Notes: generated by a model from the sequence alone, not told the origin. A stretch of DNA of 64,000 nucleotides from Thermoanaerobaculia bacterium (GCA_947259725.1 CAMYNM010000020.1:18584-82583), one strand, 5' to 3'. Numbered from the stretch's first letter, positions 38,827 to 49,570 are shown. A program made the numbers and translations.

Positions 38827-40233
38827 TCAGTGGGCGAGTTCTTTCAGCTCGGCGACCAGACCCTGGAGTACCGCTTTGGCGTCGCCGAAGATCATCATCG
38901 TATTGTCGTTGTCGAACAAAGTGTTTTTGATGCCGGCAAAGCCGGGGCTCAGGCTGCGCTTGATCATCATCACGGTCTGGGCTTCGTAGCACTTGAGAAT
39001 CGGCATGCCGGCGATCGGCGAGTTGGGATCGGTCTCGGCTGCCGGATTGACCACGTCGTTGGCGCCCACGACGAGCACGACGTCGGTGGTCTTGAAATCG
39101 GAGTTGATGGCATCCATCTCGAAGAGCTTTTCGTAGGGGACGTCGGCGTCCGCGAGCAGGACGTTCATGTGGCCAGGCATGCGCCCGGCGACCGGATGGA
39201 TGGCATAGCTGACGCGGGCGCCCCGTGCTTCGAGGAGATCACCCAGCTCTCTCGCGACATGCTGCGCCTGGGCGACCGCCAGCCCGTAGCCCGGGACCAT
39301 GATCACCGAGCCCGCGGATTCCAGCACCATCGCCGCCTCCTCCGGCCCGCACGAGGTGATGTTCTGGTAGTCGCGGCTGTCGCCACTGGCCGTGGCGCCG
39401 CCGAAGCCCGAGAAGAGGACGTTGCCGAGTGTTCGGTTCATGGCGACGCACATGATCTGGGTGAGGATCAGCCCGGAAGCGCCGACCAGAGCGCCACCGA
39501 TGATCAGCAGGTTGTGCGCCAACACGAATCCGGTCGCGGCGGCGGCCACACCCGAAAGAGAGTTGAGCAGTGAGATCACCACCGGCATGTCGGCTCCGCC
39601 GATCGGAATCACCATCAGGACGCCCAGAACCAGGCTCAGCGCGGTCACGATGAGGAAGCTCGTCACCATGGCGCTCGAAGTGGCCTCCGAGGACATCAGG
39701 AAGGACGCCACGGCTCCCAGTATTACCAGGAGCAACGCCGCATTGATCCAATGCCTGCCCGGCAGCACCACCGGCGCTCCGCCGAGCTTGCCGCTGAGCT
39801 TGCCGAACGCCACCAGACTGCCGGTGAGAGTCACGCCGCCGATGAAGACCGAGAGGAAGCCACTCACGGAAGACGAGAGCGCGAGCGAAGTGCCTCCCTC
39901 CATTAGAGCGAGCGAGAACACCGACAGCGCCACCAGTGCCGAGGCGCCACCGCCGAAACCGTTGAACAGGGCGACCATCTCGGGCATCGAAGTCATGGCG
40001 ACTTTGAGTGCCGCGATCAGGCCGATCGTTCCTCCGACCACGAGGCCCGCCAGGATCCAGCGGTAGTCGACCTTGCCCATTTCCACCAGGGTGGTGATGC
40101 CGGCAAGGAGCATGGCCGCGGCAGCCATGGCGTTGCCGCGCCGCGCGGTCTTGACGCGGGTCAGGCCCTTGAGGCCGAAGATGAAAAGTACCGCCGAGGC
40201 GAGGTACAAAAGAGCGATCAGGTTGCCGCTCAT
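38827..40233 (-). CDS. pntB: NAD(P) transhydrogenase subunit beta
   Basis: N-terminal membrane domain plus C-terminal NADP(H)-binding domain (GYGLAVAQAQH..., VVGANDVVNPAA). Confidence 0.9.
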   Translation of the reverse strand: MSGNLIALLYLASAVLFIFGLKGLTRVKTARRGNAMAAAAMLLAGITTLVEMGKVDYRWILAGLVVGGTIGLIAALKVAMTSMPEMVALFNGFGGGASALVALSVFSLALMEGGTSLALSSSVSGFLSVFIGGVTLTGSLVAFGKLSGKLGGAPVVLPGRHWINAALLLVILGAVASFLMSSEATSSAMVTSFLIVTALSLVLGVLMVIPIGGADMPVVISLLNSLSGVAAAATGFVLAHNLLIIGGALVGASGLILTQIMCVAMNRTLGNVLFSGFGGATASGDSRDYQNITSCGPEEAAMVLESAGSVIMVPGYGLAVAQAQHVARELGDLLEARGARVSYAIHPVAGRMPGHMNVLLADADVPYEKLFEMDAINSDFKTTDVVLVVGANDVVNPAAETDPNSPIAGMPILKCYEAQTVMMIKRSLSPGFAGIKNTLFDNDNTMMIFGDAKAVLQGLVAELKELAH

Positions 40234-40532
40234 CAGGCGTCCTGCTTTTTCTTTTTCTTGCCGCTGAACATCGCGAGCATCCGGTCGGTGACGACGAAGC
40301 CACCGACCACGTTGATGGTTGCGAAGACGATCGCGACGAAGCCGAAGAGGCTCGACAACTCGGTCGATCCGGCGCGGGCGGCTTGAAAAGCGCCGAGCAC
40401 GGTGATGCCGGAGATCGCGTTGGCGCCCGACATCAGCGGAGTGTGCAGGGTGGGCGGAATCTTGGTGATCACCTCGAAGCCGACGAAGATCGCGAGGACG
40501 AAGACGTAGAGGCCTATGAGCAGTTCACCCAT
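40233..40532 (-). CDS. pntAB: NAD(P) transhydrogenase subunit alpha part 2 (membrane helices)
   Basis: 99-aa hydrophobic protein (LYVFVLAIFVGFEVI...) between pntAA and pntB. ATGA overlap with pntB. Confidence 0.8.
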   Translation of the reverse strand: MGELLIGLYVFVLAIFVGFEVITKIPPTLHTPLMSGANAISGITVLGAFQAARAGSTELSSLFGFVAIVFATINVVGGFVVTDRMLAMFSGKKKKKQDA

Positions 40533-41693
40533 CTAGTCTCCTGCGCTTCCTTGGTTTTCGGCGGCCGCTTCGCCGAGGATCAGCTGTCGCATGCTCGGGT
40601 TGACGATCTCGCCGCCGTGGGTCAGCAGGGCGCCGCTCTGAACGTCGTCTGCCGCGTCGATCGCGAGCTTGCCTTCGTCCAAGATGTGCTCGACCAGCGC
40701 CAGGATGTTGCGCGCGTACAGAGTGCTGGCATCGTGAGCCATGGTGGCGGCCAGGTTGGGCGGTCCGAGGATCAGGACCCCATCGTGGTTGACTTCTTCA
40801 TCGGCGCGGGTGAGTTCGCAGTTGCCGCCGCTCGAAGCCGCCAGGTCGATCACGACGGAACCCGGCTTCATGCCCTCGATCATCTCGCGACTGACGATTC
40901 GAGGAGCCGGTCTGCCTGGTACCTGGGCAGTGGTGATGACGACGTCCGCGGCCGCGATGTGCCTGGCGAGAAGCTCGCGCTGACGTGCCAGGAAGTCTTC
41001 GCCCATTTCCTTGGCGTAACCGCCTTCGTCCTCGGCGGCCTCGGCTTCCGGAGCTTCGATGTAGCGGCCCCCCAGAGATTGAACCTGCTCCTTGACCGCC
41101 GGCCGGATGTCGGAGACTTCGACCACCGCTCCCAGCCGCTTGGCCGTGGCGATCGCCTGCAGCCCGGCGACGCCGGCGCCGATGATGACCACCTTCGAGG
41201 GAGGCACGGTGCCGGCTGCGGTCATCAAAAGAGGAAAATATCGGCCAAGGCGCGAGGCGGCAAGGAGCACCGCCTTGTAGCCCGCGATCGACGCTTGCGA
41301 CGAGAGAGCGTCCATGGTTTGGGCACGCGTGATTCGTGGCACCAGTTCCAGTGCCAGCGATGTGATTCCCCGCTTCGCGAGCAGCTTCACCTCTTCTTGG
41401 TGGCTGTAGGGGTCGAGGAGCCCGATCGCCGCGCAGCCGGTCTTGAGTTGTTCGATGATCTCGGGCCCGATCGGCCCCACCGTGAGAACCGCGTCGGCTT
41501 CGTCCCAGGCAGCGGCCGCGACGATCTGGGCACCGGCCGCGGTGAACGCCTCGTCGGTGAATGCGGCCTCGGTCCCGGCCCCGGCTTCCACGGCCACGGC
41601 GTGCTCGTGCTCGACCAGCCGACCCACGGTCTCGGGCGTGGCCGCAACACGTCGTTCGCGAGCATCCGGTTCGCGCGGGATGAAAAACAGCAT
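40533..41693 (-). CDS. pntAA: NAD(P) transhydrogenase subunit alpha part 1 (NAD(H)-binding)
   Basis: Alanine-dehydrogenase-like fold. GAGVAGLQAIATAKRLGAVV Rossmann motif. The ATG at 41691-41693 (MLFFIPRE...) is preferred over the track's longer N-terminus. Confidence 0.85.
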   Translation of the reverse strand: MLFFIPREPDARERRVAATPETVGRLVEHEHAVAVEAGAGTEAAFTDEAFTAAGAQIVAAAAWDEADAVLTVGPIGPEIIEQLKTGCAAIGLLDPYSHQEEVKLLAKRGITSLALELVPRITRAQTMDALSSQASIAGYKAVLLAASRLGRYFPLLMTAAGTVPPSKVVIIGAGVAGLQAIATAKRLGAVVEVSDIRPAVKEQVQSLGGRYIEAPEAEAAEDEGGYAKEMGEDFLARQRELLARHIAAADVVITTAQVPGRPAPRIVSREMIEGMKPGSVVIDLAASSGGNCELTRADEEVNHDGVLILGPPNLAATMAHDASTLYARNILALVEHILDEGKLAIDAADDVQSGALLTHGGEIVNPSMRQLILGEAAAENQGSAGD

Positions 41694-41856
41694 GTGAGGT
41701 GGTTGGGCTCGCTCGAACGCGCTCTGTTGTCGATTCGGAAGCCGCCGCGCAGCGAAACCGTGGGCATCCTCGTCAATGTGAGACACGATGTCAACACCCC
41801 ATCGAGCGCGTTTCGAACAGTCTGTTTGGGTGGGAGGCGCGTGCTATGTTTTTGGC

Positions 41857-42498
41857 ATGTCTCCGCGCTTCATCACCTTCGAGGGCCTCGACGGGAGCGG
41901 AAAGTCGAGTCATCTCGAAACCGCCGTGAGCTGGTTCGTGCAGGCCGGGATTCCGGTCGTGAGTACTCACGAGCCCGGTGGCACCCCGTTGGGTGACGCC
42001 ATTCGCAGGCTTTTTTTGGATCCGAAGTGGGGACGCCTTGACGGTACGGTCGAGAGCCTGCTGGTTTTCGCCAGCCGAAGGCAGCATCTGCTCGAAGTCA
42101 TCGATCCGGCGCTCGCCGAGGGTAGGGTCGTTGTGTGCGATCGATTCACCGATTCAACGCTGGCCTATCAGGGAGCCGGCCGGGGTGTACCGCTCGATGT
42201 CCTGCGCGACGCCGACCGACTGGCGACCGGCAGCAGAGTGCCGGATCGAACGCTGCTGTTCGACTTGCCCGCCGAGATCGCGCGCGAACGCGGTCAGGGC
42301 GACAGTCGCCGCGCGGAGCCGGGAGGAGTCGATCGCCTGGATGCCGAGGAACTTTCCTTCTACTCACGGGTTCGCCAGGGCTATCGCGACGTGGCGGCAG
42401 CCGAGCCGCACCGCTTTCGAATCATCGACTCGTCCGGAAGCCGTGATCAGACGGAGGCCCAGGTGCGCGCCGCCCTGGTCGATGTGCTGGAGGCGTAA
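41857..42498 (+). CDS. tmk: thymidylate kinase
   Basis: FITFEGLDGSGKSS P-loop, DRF motif (VVCDRFTDSTLAYQG), lid region. The stop overlaps the holB start. Confidence 0.88.
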   Translation: MSPRFITFEGLDGSGKSSHLETAVSWFVQAGIPVVSTHEPGGTPLGDAIRRLFLDPKWGRLDGTVESLLVFASRRQHLLEVIDPALAEGRVVVCDRFTDSTLAYQGAGRGVPLDVLRDADRLATGSRVPDRTLLFDLPAEIARERGQGDSRRAEPGGVDRLDAEELSFYSRVRQGYRDVAAAEPHRFRIIDSSGSRDQTEAQVRAALVDVLEA

Positions 42499-43358
42499 TG
42501 GATCTCAGCGCGACCATGGAGCTAGCCCGTTCCGGGAGGCTGTACCCGTCTCTCATTCTCCACGGAGCAGACGAGGCCGAACGCCGGGCCGCGGCGCTCG
42601 AGCTGGGCCGGTGCCTTCTCTGCGATCCGTCGCCGAGCGATCGCGTGCGGCCGTGTGGAAGCTGCCGCCACTGTCGCCGTGTCGGGTGGGGTTCGGCGGG
42701 CGCAGACGCTTTTCACCCCGATTTTCAGGTTCTGGAGCGCGATCTGAAGACGGTCACCTCGGTCGAAGCCACCAAGGCCTTTCTGCGCGGCGCCCAGGTG
42801 ACCCCGTTCGAGGCCGCAGGTCAGGTCTTCGTGATTGCCAGTGCCGAGACGCTGAGCGGCGAGGCGGCCAACGCGCTGCTCAAGCTCCTCGAGGAGCCTC
42901 CTGGCAAGACCCAGAGGCATTTCCTGCTTCTCGCCCCGTCGCAGTTTGACCTGCTGCCGACCCTGCGCAGCCGCTCTCTGGCTATTTTTCTCGGCGCCGG
43001 CTCGAGGCCCGGAGGTGACGGCGTCGCCCGAGCGGCAGCGGAGCTGGGCCAGGCTCTCGAGAGCTATCTCGGGAGTCGCCATGCTGGCGAGCTTCTCGCC
43101 GCCGCCACGGTACTGAAGGGATCGGCCAAGTGGGACGATGCCCGCTCCAGGGCTCCTTGGGAGCATGCCGCGACGATCGCGCTCGAGTGCGCCGGCGGTC
43201 ACGCCGATCCGGCGGTCAGGCGAGCCTTGCTGGCTCTGGCCTCGGATCTCCTCGAGGCACCGAGGCTGCGTTTGCGCGGCATCCCGCCAGAGCGTATCCT
43301 CGAAGGCGCCGTCAGCCGGCGGCTCGCCGGGTTGGCACTCGCCGACGCCGCGCCTTGA
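42498..43358 (+). CDS. holB: DNA polymerase III delta-prime subunit-like
   Basis: Position immediately after tmk. Zn-module CGSCRHCRR. AAA-like LLKLLEEPP motif and box-VII SRS region (LLPTLRSRS). Confidence 0.7.
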   Translation: MDLSATMELARSGRLYPSLILHGADEAERRAAALELGRCLLCDPSPSDRVRPCGSCRHCRRVGWGSAGADAFHPDFQVLERDLKTVTSVEATKAFLRGAQVTPFEAAGQVFVIASAETLSGEAANALLKLLEEPPGKTQRHFLLLAPSQFDLLPTLRSRSLAIFLGAGSRPGGDGVARAAAELGQALESYLGSRHAGELLAAATVLKGSAKWDDARSRAPWEHAATIALECAGGHADPAVRRALLALASDLLEAPRLRLRGIPPERILEGAVSRRLAGLALADAAP

Positions 43359-43430
43359 CCTCGACTCAACCCTCGGTATCATGCGCTGATCGGCGCCCGC
43401 TGGACTGCGGCGCCCGAAAGGAAAGACAAC

Positions 43431-44507
43431 ATGAAAACTGCACATAACGACAAGAAAACCTGGAAGCTCAGCTGGATCGCGGCACTGGCCGCGGTCGTCG
43501 TGATCGTCGCCTGGATGGCCTCCGGCAGCGCTTCGGCTCAAAAGGACGTCGCCGGCAAGGACGGGGCAGGGGGTACGAGCGTTCTCGCCCGCATCGGCGA
43601 GGTCGAGATCCTCAGCTCCGATGTCGAGGCCACCGTCGCCACCGAGCTGGGTGAGCTGGATCGCCAGCGCCACGAGCTGATGGAGAAAGGTCTTGAAGCC
43701 GCCATCAACGACGCCCTGGTCGAGATCGCGGCCGAACAAAAGGGCATGACCTCCGAGGACTTTCTCAAGGCCGAGGTGGACGCGAAGGTCACCGCGGTGA
43801 CTGACGCCGACGTCGATCAGTTCTACGAAGCCAGAAAAGGCCAGATCAACCAGCCCAAGGAGGCGATCGTCGGGCAGATTCGGCAGTATCTCGAGCAGAC
43901 CGGCAGGAACGAGGCCTTCGGCGCCCTGGTGGCCGAACTGCGCAAGGAACATAAGCCGCAGGTGCTGCTCGAGCCCATGCGGGTCGAAGTGGCGGAGGGC
44001 GGCGCTCCGGCCAAGGGCCCCGAATCGGCCCCGGTGACGATCGTGGAGTTTTCGGACTTCCAGTGTCCATTCTGCTCGCGGGTCATCCCCACACTCGACA
44101 AGGTTACGGAAACCTACGGAGACCAGGTACGCCTGGTTTTTCGCCAGTTTCCGCTCCACAGCATTCACCCGCAAGCGCAGAAAGCCGCCGAGGCGGCGCT
44201 TTGCGCCGACGATCAGGGCAAGTTCTGGGAGATGCATGACGCGTTGTTCCAGAACCAGAGCAAGCTTCAGGTAGCCGATCTCAAATCGAGAGCCGCCGAG
44301 CTCGAGCTCGACGCCGCGGCGTTCGAGAAGTGCCTGGATAGCGGGCAGCACGCCGATCGGGTGACTGCCGACCTCGAGGCCGGAATGGCGGCGGGCGTTA
44401 CCGGAACCCCGGCCATGTTCATCAACGGCCGCTTCCTCTCGGGCGCGCAACCGTTCGAGGCGATTTCCAAGGTCATCGACGACGAGCTGAGTCGCGCCGG
44501 CGGCTAA
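43431..44507 (+). CDS. DsbA-family thiol:disulfide oxidoreductase with N-terminal membrane anchor and chaperone-like domain
   Basis: TM at the N-terminus. Thioredoxin CPFC active site (FSDFQCPFCSR). C-terminal DsbA helix domain. Confidence 0.75.
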   Translation: MKTAHNDKKTWKLSWIAALAAVVVIVAWMASGSASAQKDVAGKDGAGGTSVLARIGEVEILSSDVEATVATELGELDRQRHELMEKGLEAAINDALVEIAAEQKGMTSEDFLKAEVDAKVTAVTDADVDQFYEARKGQINQPKEAIVGQIRQYLEQTGRNEAFGALVAELRKEHKPQVLLEPMRVEVAEGGAPAKGPESAPVTIVEFSDFQCPFCSRVIPTLDKVTETYGDQVRLVFRQFPLHSIHPQAQKAAEAALCADDQGKFWEMHDALFQNQSKLQVADLKSRAAELELDAAAFEKCLDSGQHADRVTADLEAGMAAGVTGTPAMFINGRFLSGAQPFEAISKVIDDELSRAGG

Positions 44508-44532
44508 GGCCCGTTCACGGACTCGTCGCGGC

Positions 44533-45957
44533 GTGCCAGGCGATATCTCGGCCGAGCAGTTCGATCGCGCTCTGCGCCGAACGGCGCAGAAGCTGTCCGC
44601 CTACCTGGGCGGTGTCGGACGGTTCCCGGTTTTGCCGCGAGTCGAACCGGGCGACATCTCCGGCGCGCTGCCCGAGGATCCTCCCGCCCGCGGGGAGGAC
44701 CTCGGCGTGATCCTGGATGACTACGAGCGGCTCATCGAGCCGAATGTGACCCATTGGAATCATCCCGGTTTCATGGCGTATTTCGCGATTAGCGGTTCCG
44801 CGCCTGGGGTCATCGGCGAGGCGCTGACGGCGGGCCTCAACGTCAACGCGATGAAATGGCAGAGCTCTCCGGCCGCGACCGAGCTCGAGCTAACGGTGTG
44901 TGGGTGGCTGCGCAGCATGGTCGGTTTGCCGGCCGCGTTTCGAGGGCACATCAACGATACTGCATCCACCTCGACCTTGTTGGCGCTGGCCGCGGCCCGG
45001 CATCGCAAGTTCCCCGCAGTCAGACAGTCGGGCGCCGGGGCGGGAGGCGATCTGTGCGTCTACGCGAGCGAGCAGGCGCACTCGTCGGTCGACAAGGGTG
45101 CCATGGTGCTCGGGTTCGGCCTGGATCACGTCCGGCACATTGCCGTCAACGAGCACTTCGAGATGCGCGCGCAGGCGCTGCGGCGGGCGGTCGAGACCGA
45201 CCTTGCCTCGGGTAAGGTCCCCTTGGCCGTGGTCGCTACCGTGGGCACGACGTCAACCACCAGCGTCGATCCGGTCGCGGCGGTTGCCGAGATCTGCCGC
45301 GAGCACGAGCTGTGGCTTCATGTGGATGCCGCGTATGCCGGGAGCGCGGCCGTCTGTTCGGAGCTCAGGCCTCTGCTTGAGGGATGGCAGCTGGCGGACT
45401 CGATCGTGTTGAATCCCCACAAGTGGCTGTTCACGCCGGTTGATTGCTCGGTGCTCTTTGTCCGCGACCTCGCTCAGTGGCAGGACGCGTTCGCCCTGGT
45501 TCCGGCGTACTTGCGCTCGAGCGAAGAGGGAAGCCTCGACCTCATGGATCTCGGATTCCAGCTCGGCCGCCGCTTCCGGGCGCTCAAGCTGTGGATGGTG
45601 ATCCGCGCGTTCGGCGTCGAGGGCCTGGCGGAGCGGATCAGAGAACACTGCCGGCTGGCGCGCGAGCTGAGCTCGTGGATCGACGCATCGCCCCACTTCG
45701 AGCGCCTGGCTCCGGTACCGTTCAGCGCGGTCTGCTTTCGCGCCCGATTTGCGGGGGCGACGCCTGAGGAAGAGGACCGGCTCAACCAGCGCCTGATGGC
45801 CGCGGTCAACGCCGAAGGCTCCGTCTTCATCACTCAGACGAAACTGAACGAGCGGTTCGTGCTGCGCGCGGCGATCGGCAACATCAAGACGACGCTCGAC
45901 CACGTCGAGGCGCTCTGGCGGCTTCTCGAGGACTCGGCCGCGCAGCTGCGCGACTAG
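44533..45957 (+). CDS. PLP-dependent group II decarboxylase (aromatic-L-amino-acid/glutamate decarboxylase family)
   Basis: HPGFMAYF, SGSAPGVIGE and the PLP-lysine region SIVLNPHKWLFTPVDCS. Confidence 0.8.
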   Translation: MPGDISAEQFDRALRRTAQKLSAYLGGVGRFPVLPRVEPGDISGALPEDPPARGEDLGVILDDYERLIEPNVTHWNHPGFMAYFAISGSAPGVIGEALTAGLNVNAMKWQSSPAATELELTVCGWLRSMVGLPAAFRGHINDTASTSTLLALAAARHRKFPAVRQSGAGAGGDLCVYASEQAHSSVDKGAMVLGFGLDHVRHIAVNEHFEMRAQALRRAVETDLASGKVPLAVVATVGTTSTTSVDPVAAVAEICREHELWLHVDAAYAGSAAVCSELRPLLEGWQLADSIVLNPHKWLFTPVDCSVLFVRDLAQWQDAFALVPAYLRSSEEGSLDLMDLGFQLGRRFRALKLWMVIRAFGVEGLAERIREHCRLARELSSWIDASPHFERLAPVPFSAVCFRARFAGATPEEEDRLNQRLMAAVNAEGSVFITQTKLNERFVLRAAIGNIKTTLDHVEALWRLLEDSAAQLRD

Positions 45958-46000
45958 CACCGCACCGGCTTCGGATCCCCTCGGGTAAGCTCTGTCGAGC

Positions 46001-47056
46001 ATGAGTGAGCAAGTGTTCAAGGCGTTGGTTCTCGCCGGAGGCAGCGGTACCCGTTTCTGGCCGCTGAGCCGAGCCTCGCGGCCCAAGCAGCTCCTCGCGC
46101 TCGAGGGCGACGAGAGCCTATTGGTGCGCACTGTGCGCCGGCTCGCGCCACTGGTGGAGCCTTCCAGCGTCTGGGTGGGCACGACTCGGAGCCTGGCTGA
46201 TCAGGTGCGTGAACAGTTGCCGGAAGTGCCCGCGGACCAGATACTGGCGGAACCGGAGGGCCGAGACACGACGGCTGCGATCGGCTGGTCCTTGGATCAG
46301 ATGGATGCCGAGGACTCGGTCGTGGCGGTATTACCCGCCGACCATCGAGTGGGCGACGAGCGGGCCTTTCGCGCAACTCTCGCGCAGGCGGTGGAGATCG
46401 TGGGCACGCAGGACCGGGTCATGACACTGGGTGTGTTGCCGCGCTGGCCGGAGCCCGGTTTCGGCTATCTCGAGCTGGGCGAGGTCGAGAATCCGCGAAC
46501 CGGCCTGCGGCGCGTGGCGGCCTTCAAGGAAAAGCCCGATCCTGAGACTGCCGAGACCTACTTCCGAGGTGGCAACCATCTCTGGAACGCGGGCATCTTC
46601 GTTTTTCGTGGTGGGCGACTGCTCGAGCTGATCGGTCTTCACGAGCCGGATGTCGCGGACGGATTGCGGCGCATCCGCGAGCGGCCCGAGCGGCTGGATC
46701 TCTTCTACGGACAGCTTCCCAAGATCTCGATCGACTTCGCGGTCATGGAGAAGTGCGACGACCTCGGAACCTTGCCGCTCGATTGCGATTGGAGCGACCT
46801 GGGTTCATGGGAGGCCCTGGCGGAGATCTTGGACCGGGACGCGAACGGCAACGCGATCCGTGGCCGGGCCGTCACCCAGGACTCGAGCGGCAACCTCCTG
46901 GTCGCGGCGCACGGTACGATTGCCACGGTGGGTGTTTCGGATTTGATCGTCGTGCGCACGGAAGATTCGGTTCTGGTGATTCCCAAGAGCCGGGCCCAGG
47001 AGGTCAAGCAACTCGTGGATCGGCTGCGCCAAGGGGACTTCGAAGATCTTCTCTGA
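46001..47056 (+). CDS. manC: mannose-1-phosphate guanylyltransferase (nucleotidyltransferase domain only)
   Basis: ALVLAGGSGTRFWPLSR... and GYLELGE motifs. There is no C-terminal isomerase domain. Confidence 0.8.
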   Translation: MSEQVFKALVLAGGSGTRFWPLSRASRPKQLLALEGDESLLVRTVRRLAPLVEPSSVWVGTTRSLADQVREQLPEVPADQILAEPEGRDTTAAIGWSLDQMDAEDSVVAVLPADHRVGDERAFRATLAQAVEIVGTQDRVMTLGVLPRWPEPGFGYLELGEVENPRTGLRRVAAFKEKPDPETAETYFRGGNHLWNAGIFVFRGGRLLELIGLHEPDVADGLRRIRERPERLDLFYGQLPKISIDFAVMEKCDDLGTLPLDCDWSDLGSWEALAEILDRDANGNAIRGRAVTQDSSGNLLVAAHGTIATVGVSDLIVVRTEDSVLVIPKSRAQEVKQLVDRLRQGDFEDLL

Positions 47057-47068
47057 GAGCTTGCGGCT

Positions 47069-47764
47069 GTGATTCCGGTTCAGATCGCGGCGCACGGGCG
47101 GGAACGAAGCCTGGCCGAGACCGATCTGCCCCTGTGCTTGGAGTCCTTCTTTGGAGGATCTCCGGGCGCCTCTTGGGAGGTGGAGATCGGATTCGGCAAG
47201 GGCAAGTACCTTCTCGAGCAGGCTCGGAACCGGCCCCAAGTGGGTTTTCTCGGAATCGAGGTCGCCTCCAAGTACTACCGCCACGTTCGGGATCGCGCCG
47301 GAGAGCTGGAGAACGTGGTGCTGCTGCGGGGCGAGGCGCTGTACCTTCTGGCGAGCGTCCTACCACCTAGTTTTGCGAGTGTAGTTCACGTCTACTTTCC
47401 CGATCCGTGGCCGAAAGCCCGGCACCACTGCCGGCGTCTCTTCGATCCCGAGTCCGTCGATCTCATTCTGCGGCTTCTCCGACCGGCAGGCCGATTGCTG
47501 TTCGCCACCGACTTTCTGGACTACGGCGACCGGGTCGAACGGCTGTTGCGAGAGCATTCGGGGCTGCAGGTGGCGAGGGCGGATGACTTCTGGGGCGCTC
47601 GGCCGCGCACCCACTACGAAGACAAGTACCATCGGGAGGGTCGGCCGATTCTGCGCATCGAGGCGCGGCTCGCTCGCTCGAGCGACTTGATTCATCCGCG
47701 GGCCGGCCTGGGCGTAGTGGCCGGCGTGGCCAGGCCCACCGATGACGAGACCGAGATCCGATGA
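47069..47764 (+). CDS. trmB: tRNA (guanine46-N7)-methyltransferase
   Basis: EIGFGKGKYL SAM motif. FPDPWPKARHHCRRL conserved TrmB block. Confidence 0.85.
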   Translation: MIPVQIAAHGRERSLAETDLPLCLESFFGGSPGASWEVEIGFGKGKYLLEQARNRPQVGFLGIEVASKYYRHVRDRAGELENVVLLRGEALYLLASVLPPSFASVVHVYFPDPWPKARHHCRRLFDPESVDLILRLLRPAGRLLFATDFLDYGDRVERLLREHSGLQVARADDFWGARPRTHYEDKYHREGRPILRIEARLARSSDLIHPRAGLGVVAGVARPTDDETEIR

Positions 47765-49514
47765 GAGTTCAGCATTGAGAGTCCTGGGGCACCTGGTTCC
47801 CTACTTCAAGCGGTACCCTGCGAAACTCGCGAGCGGCATTGCGTGCATCGCGCTGGCTGTCACCGCGGGCCTATTCGGGCCGATCATCGTGGGCCGGGCA
47901 GTGGATTCCTTCGTCGAGCAGGCGTCGTCGGCGACTCTGTTTCGGTACGGGCTGCTTCTGGTCGTCGTCACCGCGGTTCAAGGAGTCTTCAGCTTCGGGC
48001 AGCGGTTGATTCTGGTGTCTCTCAGCCGAGACATCGAGTACGACATACGCAACGACTACTTTGAGCATCTGGAGGCGCTGCCGCTCTCGTACTACCAACG
48101 CAACTACACCGGTGATCTCATGGCCAGGGCGACCAACGACCTGCAGGCGGTCCGGATGCTCTGCGGCCCGGCGATCATGTATGCGACCAGCACCCTGCTG
48201 ACCGCCTCGGGCGCCTTGTTCTTCATGATCGGCATTCATTGGCGACTGACCCTCTTATCGCTAGCGGCGATGCCGTTGGTGGCGGTTACGACGCAAGTGT
48301 TCGGTCAGCGCATCCACGTCCTGTTCGACAAGGTCCAGGAGCAATTCTCGAGCCTTTCCACCAAGGTGCAGGAGAGCTTGTCCGGAGCTCGCGTGGTGCG
48401 AGCCCACGCCCGGGAGGCATCCGAGGTCGAGGCCTTCGAGCGCACCAACGCCGAGTATGTTCGCCGGAGCAAGAAGCTGATTCGCTGGACGACCGCGTTT
48501 CATCCCCTGCTTCAGTTGCTCGTTGGCCTCGGTTTCGTGGCGGTACTCTGGTTCGGGGGAACGCTGGTCTGGCGCGGCGAGATTAGCGTCGGCGAGTTCG
48601 TCAGTTTTAATTTCTTCCTGTCCAAGTTGGTCTGGCCGATGATCGCGATCGGTTGGGTGATCAATCTCGTTCAGCGCGGGACTGCCTCGCTGGGTCGGAT
48701 CCGGCGGGTGCTCGAGACCGAGCCGGAGATCATCGACCTCTCCCCGGGCTCGGCCGACGCGATTGTCGGGGCATTGGGGATGAGTCAGCTCAGCTTTCGC
48801 TATCCGGGTAGCGACGAGAGCGTCCTCGCGGATGTGGAGCTCCAACTCGGCGCGGGTGAGACGCTCGGTATCGTCGGACGCACGGGTAGCGGCAAGAGCA
48901 CGCTGCTGTCGCTCATTCCCCGGCTTCTCGATCCGCCTTCGGACCGAGTGTTCGTGGATGGCCGCGACGTACGCTTTCTGTCGCTCGCCTCGCTCCGAGA
49001 GGCGATCGGGGTGGTACCGCAGGAGGCCTTTCTTTTCTCGACGTCGGTCGCGGCCAACATCGCGCTGGGGAAACAAGGAGCGGACCCCGAGGCGGTCGCA
49101 CGGGCCGCCGACCTCGCCGGGCTCGCGACCGATCTCGAGTCGTTCCCCAAGGGGCTCGACACGCTCGTTGGCGAGCGAGGGCTGACTCTTTCCGGCGGCC
49201 AGAAGCAGCGCGTCGCCCTGGCCCGCGCGCTGGTCCGCGATCCCAGGATCCTGCTTCTCGACGACTGCCTTTCAGCGGTCGATGCGGACACCGAAGAACG
49301 GATTCTGCGGAATCTGCGGCGCGTATTCGTGGGTCGCACGGTCGTCGTGGTTTCCCACCGCATCTCGGCTGTGCGCCAGGCGGACCAGATCATCGCGCTC
49401 GACAGAGGGCGGGTGGTGGAAAGAGGCAGCCATGCCGATCTGATGAAGCTTGACGGCGCCTATGCGGACCTGGCCCGGCGGCAGCAGCTCGAGGAAGAGC
49501 TCGCGGCGGTTTGA
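47742..49514 (+). CDS. ABC exporter, fused permease + ATPase
   Basis: Six TM helices. Walker A GRTGSGKST, signature LSGGQKQRVALARAL, Walker B LLLDDCLSAVD. It overlaps the trmB 3' end by 23 nt. Confidence 0.85.
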   Translation: MTRPRSDESSALRVLGHLVPYFKRYPAKLASGIACIALAVTAGLFGPIIVGRAVDSFVEQASSATLFRYGLLLVVVTAVQGVFSFGQRLILVSLSRDIEYDIRNDYFEHLEALPLSYYQRNYTGDLMARATNDLQAVRMLCGPAIMYATSTLLTASGALFFMIGIHWRLTLLSLAAMPLVAVTTQVFGQRIHVLFDKVQEQFSSLSTKVQESLSGARVVRAHAREASEVEAFERTNAEYVRRSKKLIRWTTAFHPLLQLLVGLGFVAVLWFGGTLVWRGEISVGEFVSFNFFLSKLVWPMIAIGWVINLVQRGTASLGRIRRVLETEPEIIDLSPGSADAIVGALGMSQLSFRYPGSDESVLADVELQLGAGETLGIVGRTGSGKSTLLSLIPRLLDPPSDRVFVDGRDVRFLSLASLREAIGVVPQEAFLFSTSVAANIALGKQGADPEAVARAADLAGLATDLESFPKGLDTLVGERGLTLSGGQKQRVALARALVRDPRILLLDDCLSAVDADTEERILRNLRRVFVGRTVVVVSHRISAVRQADQIIALDRGRVVERGSHADLMKLDGAYADLARRQQLEEELAAV

Positions 49515-49570
49515 GGCTTCCGTTGGGGGGCTGGTGCCGGCGCGGCGGCATCCGTTACGCTCAGCGGCGG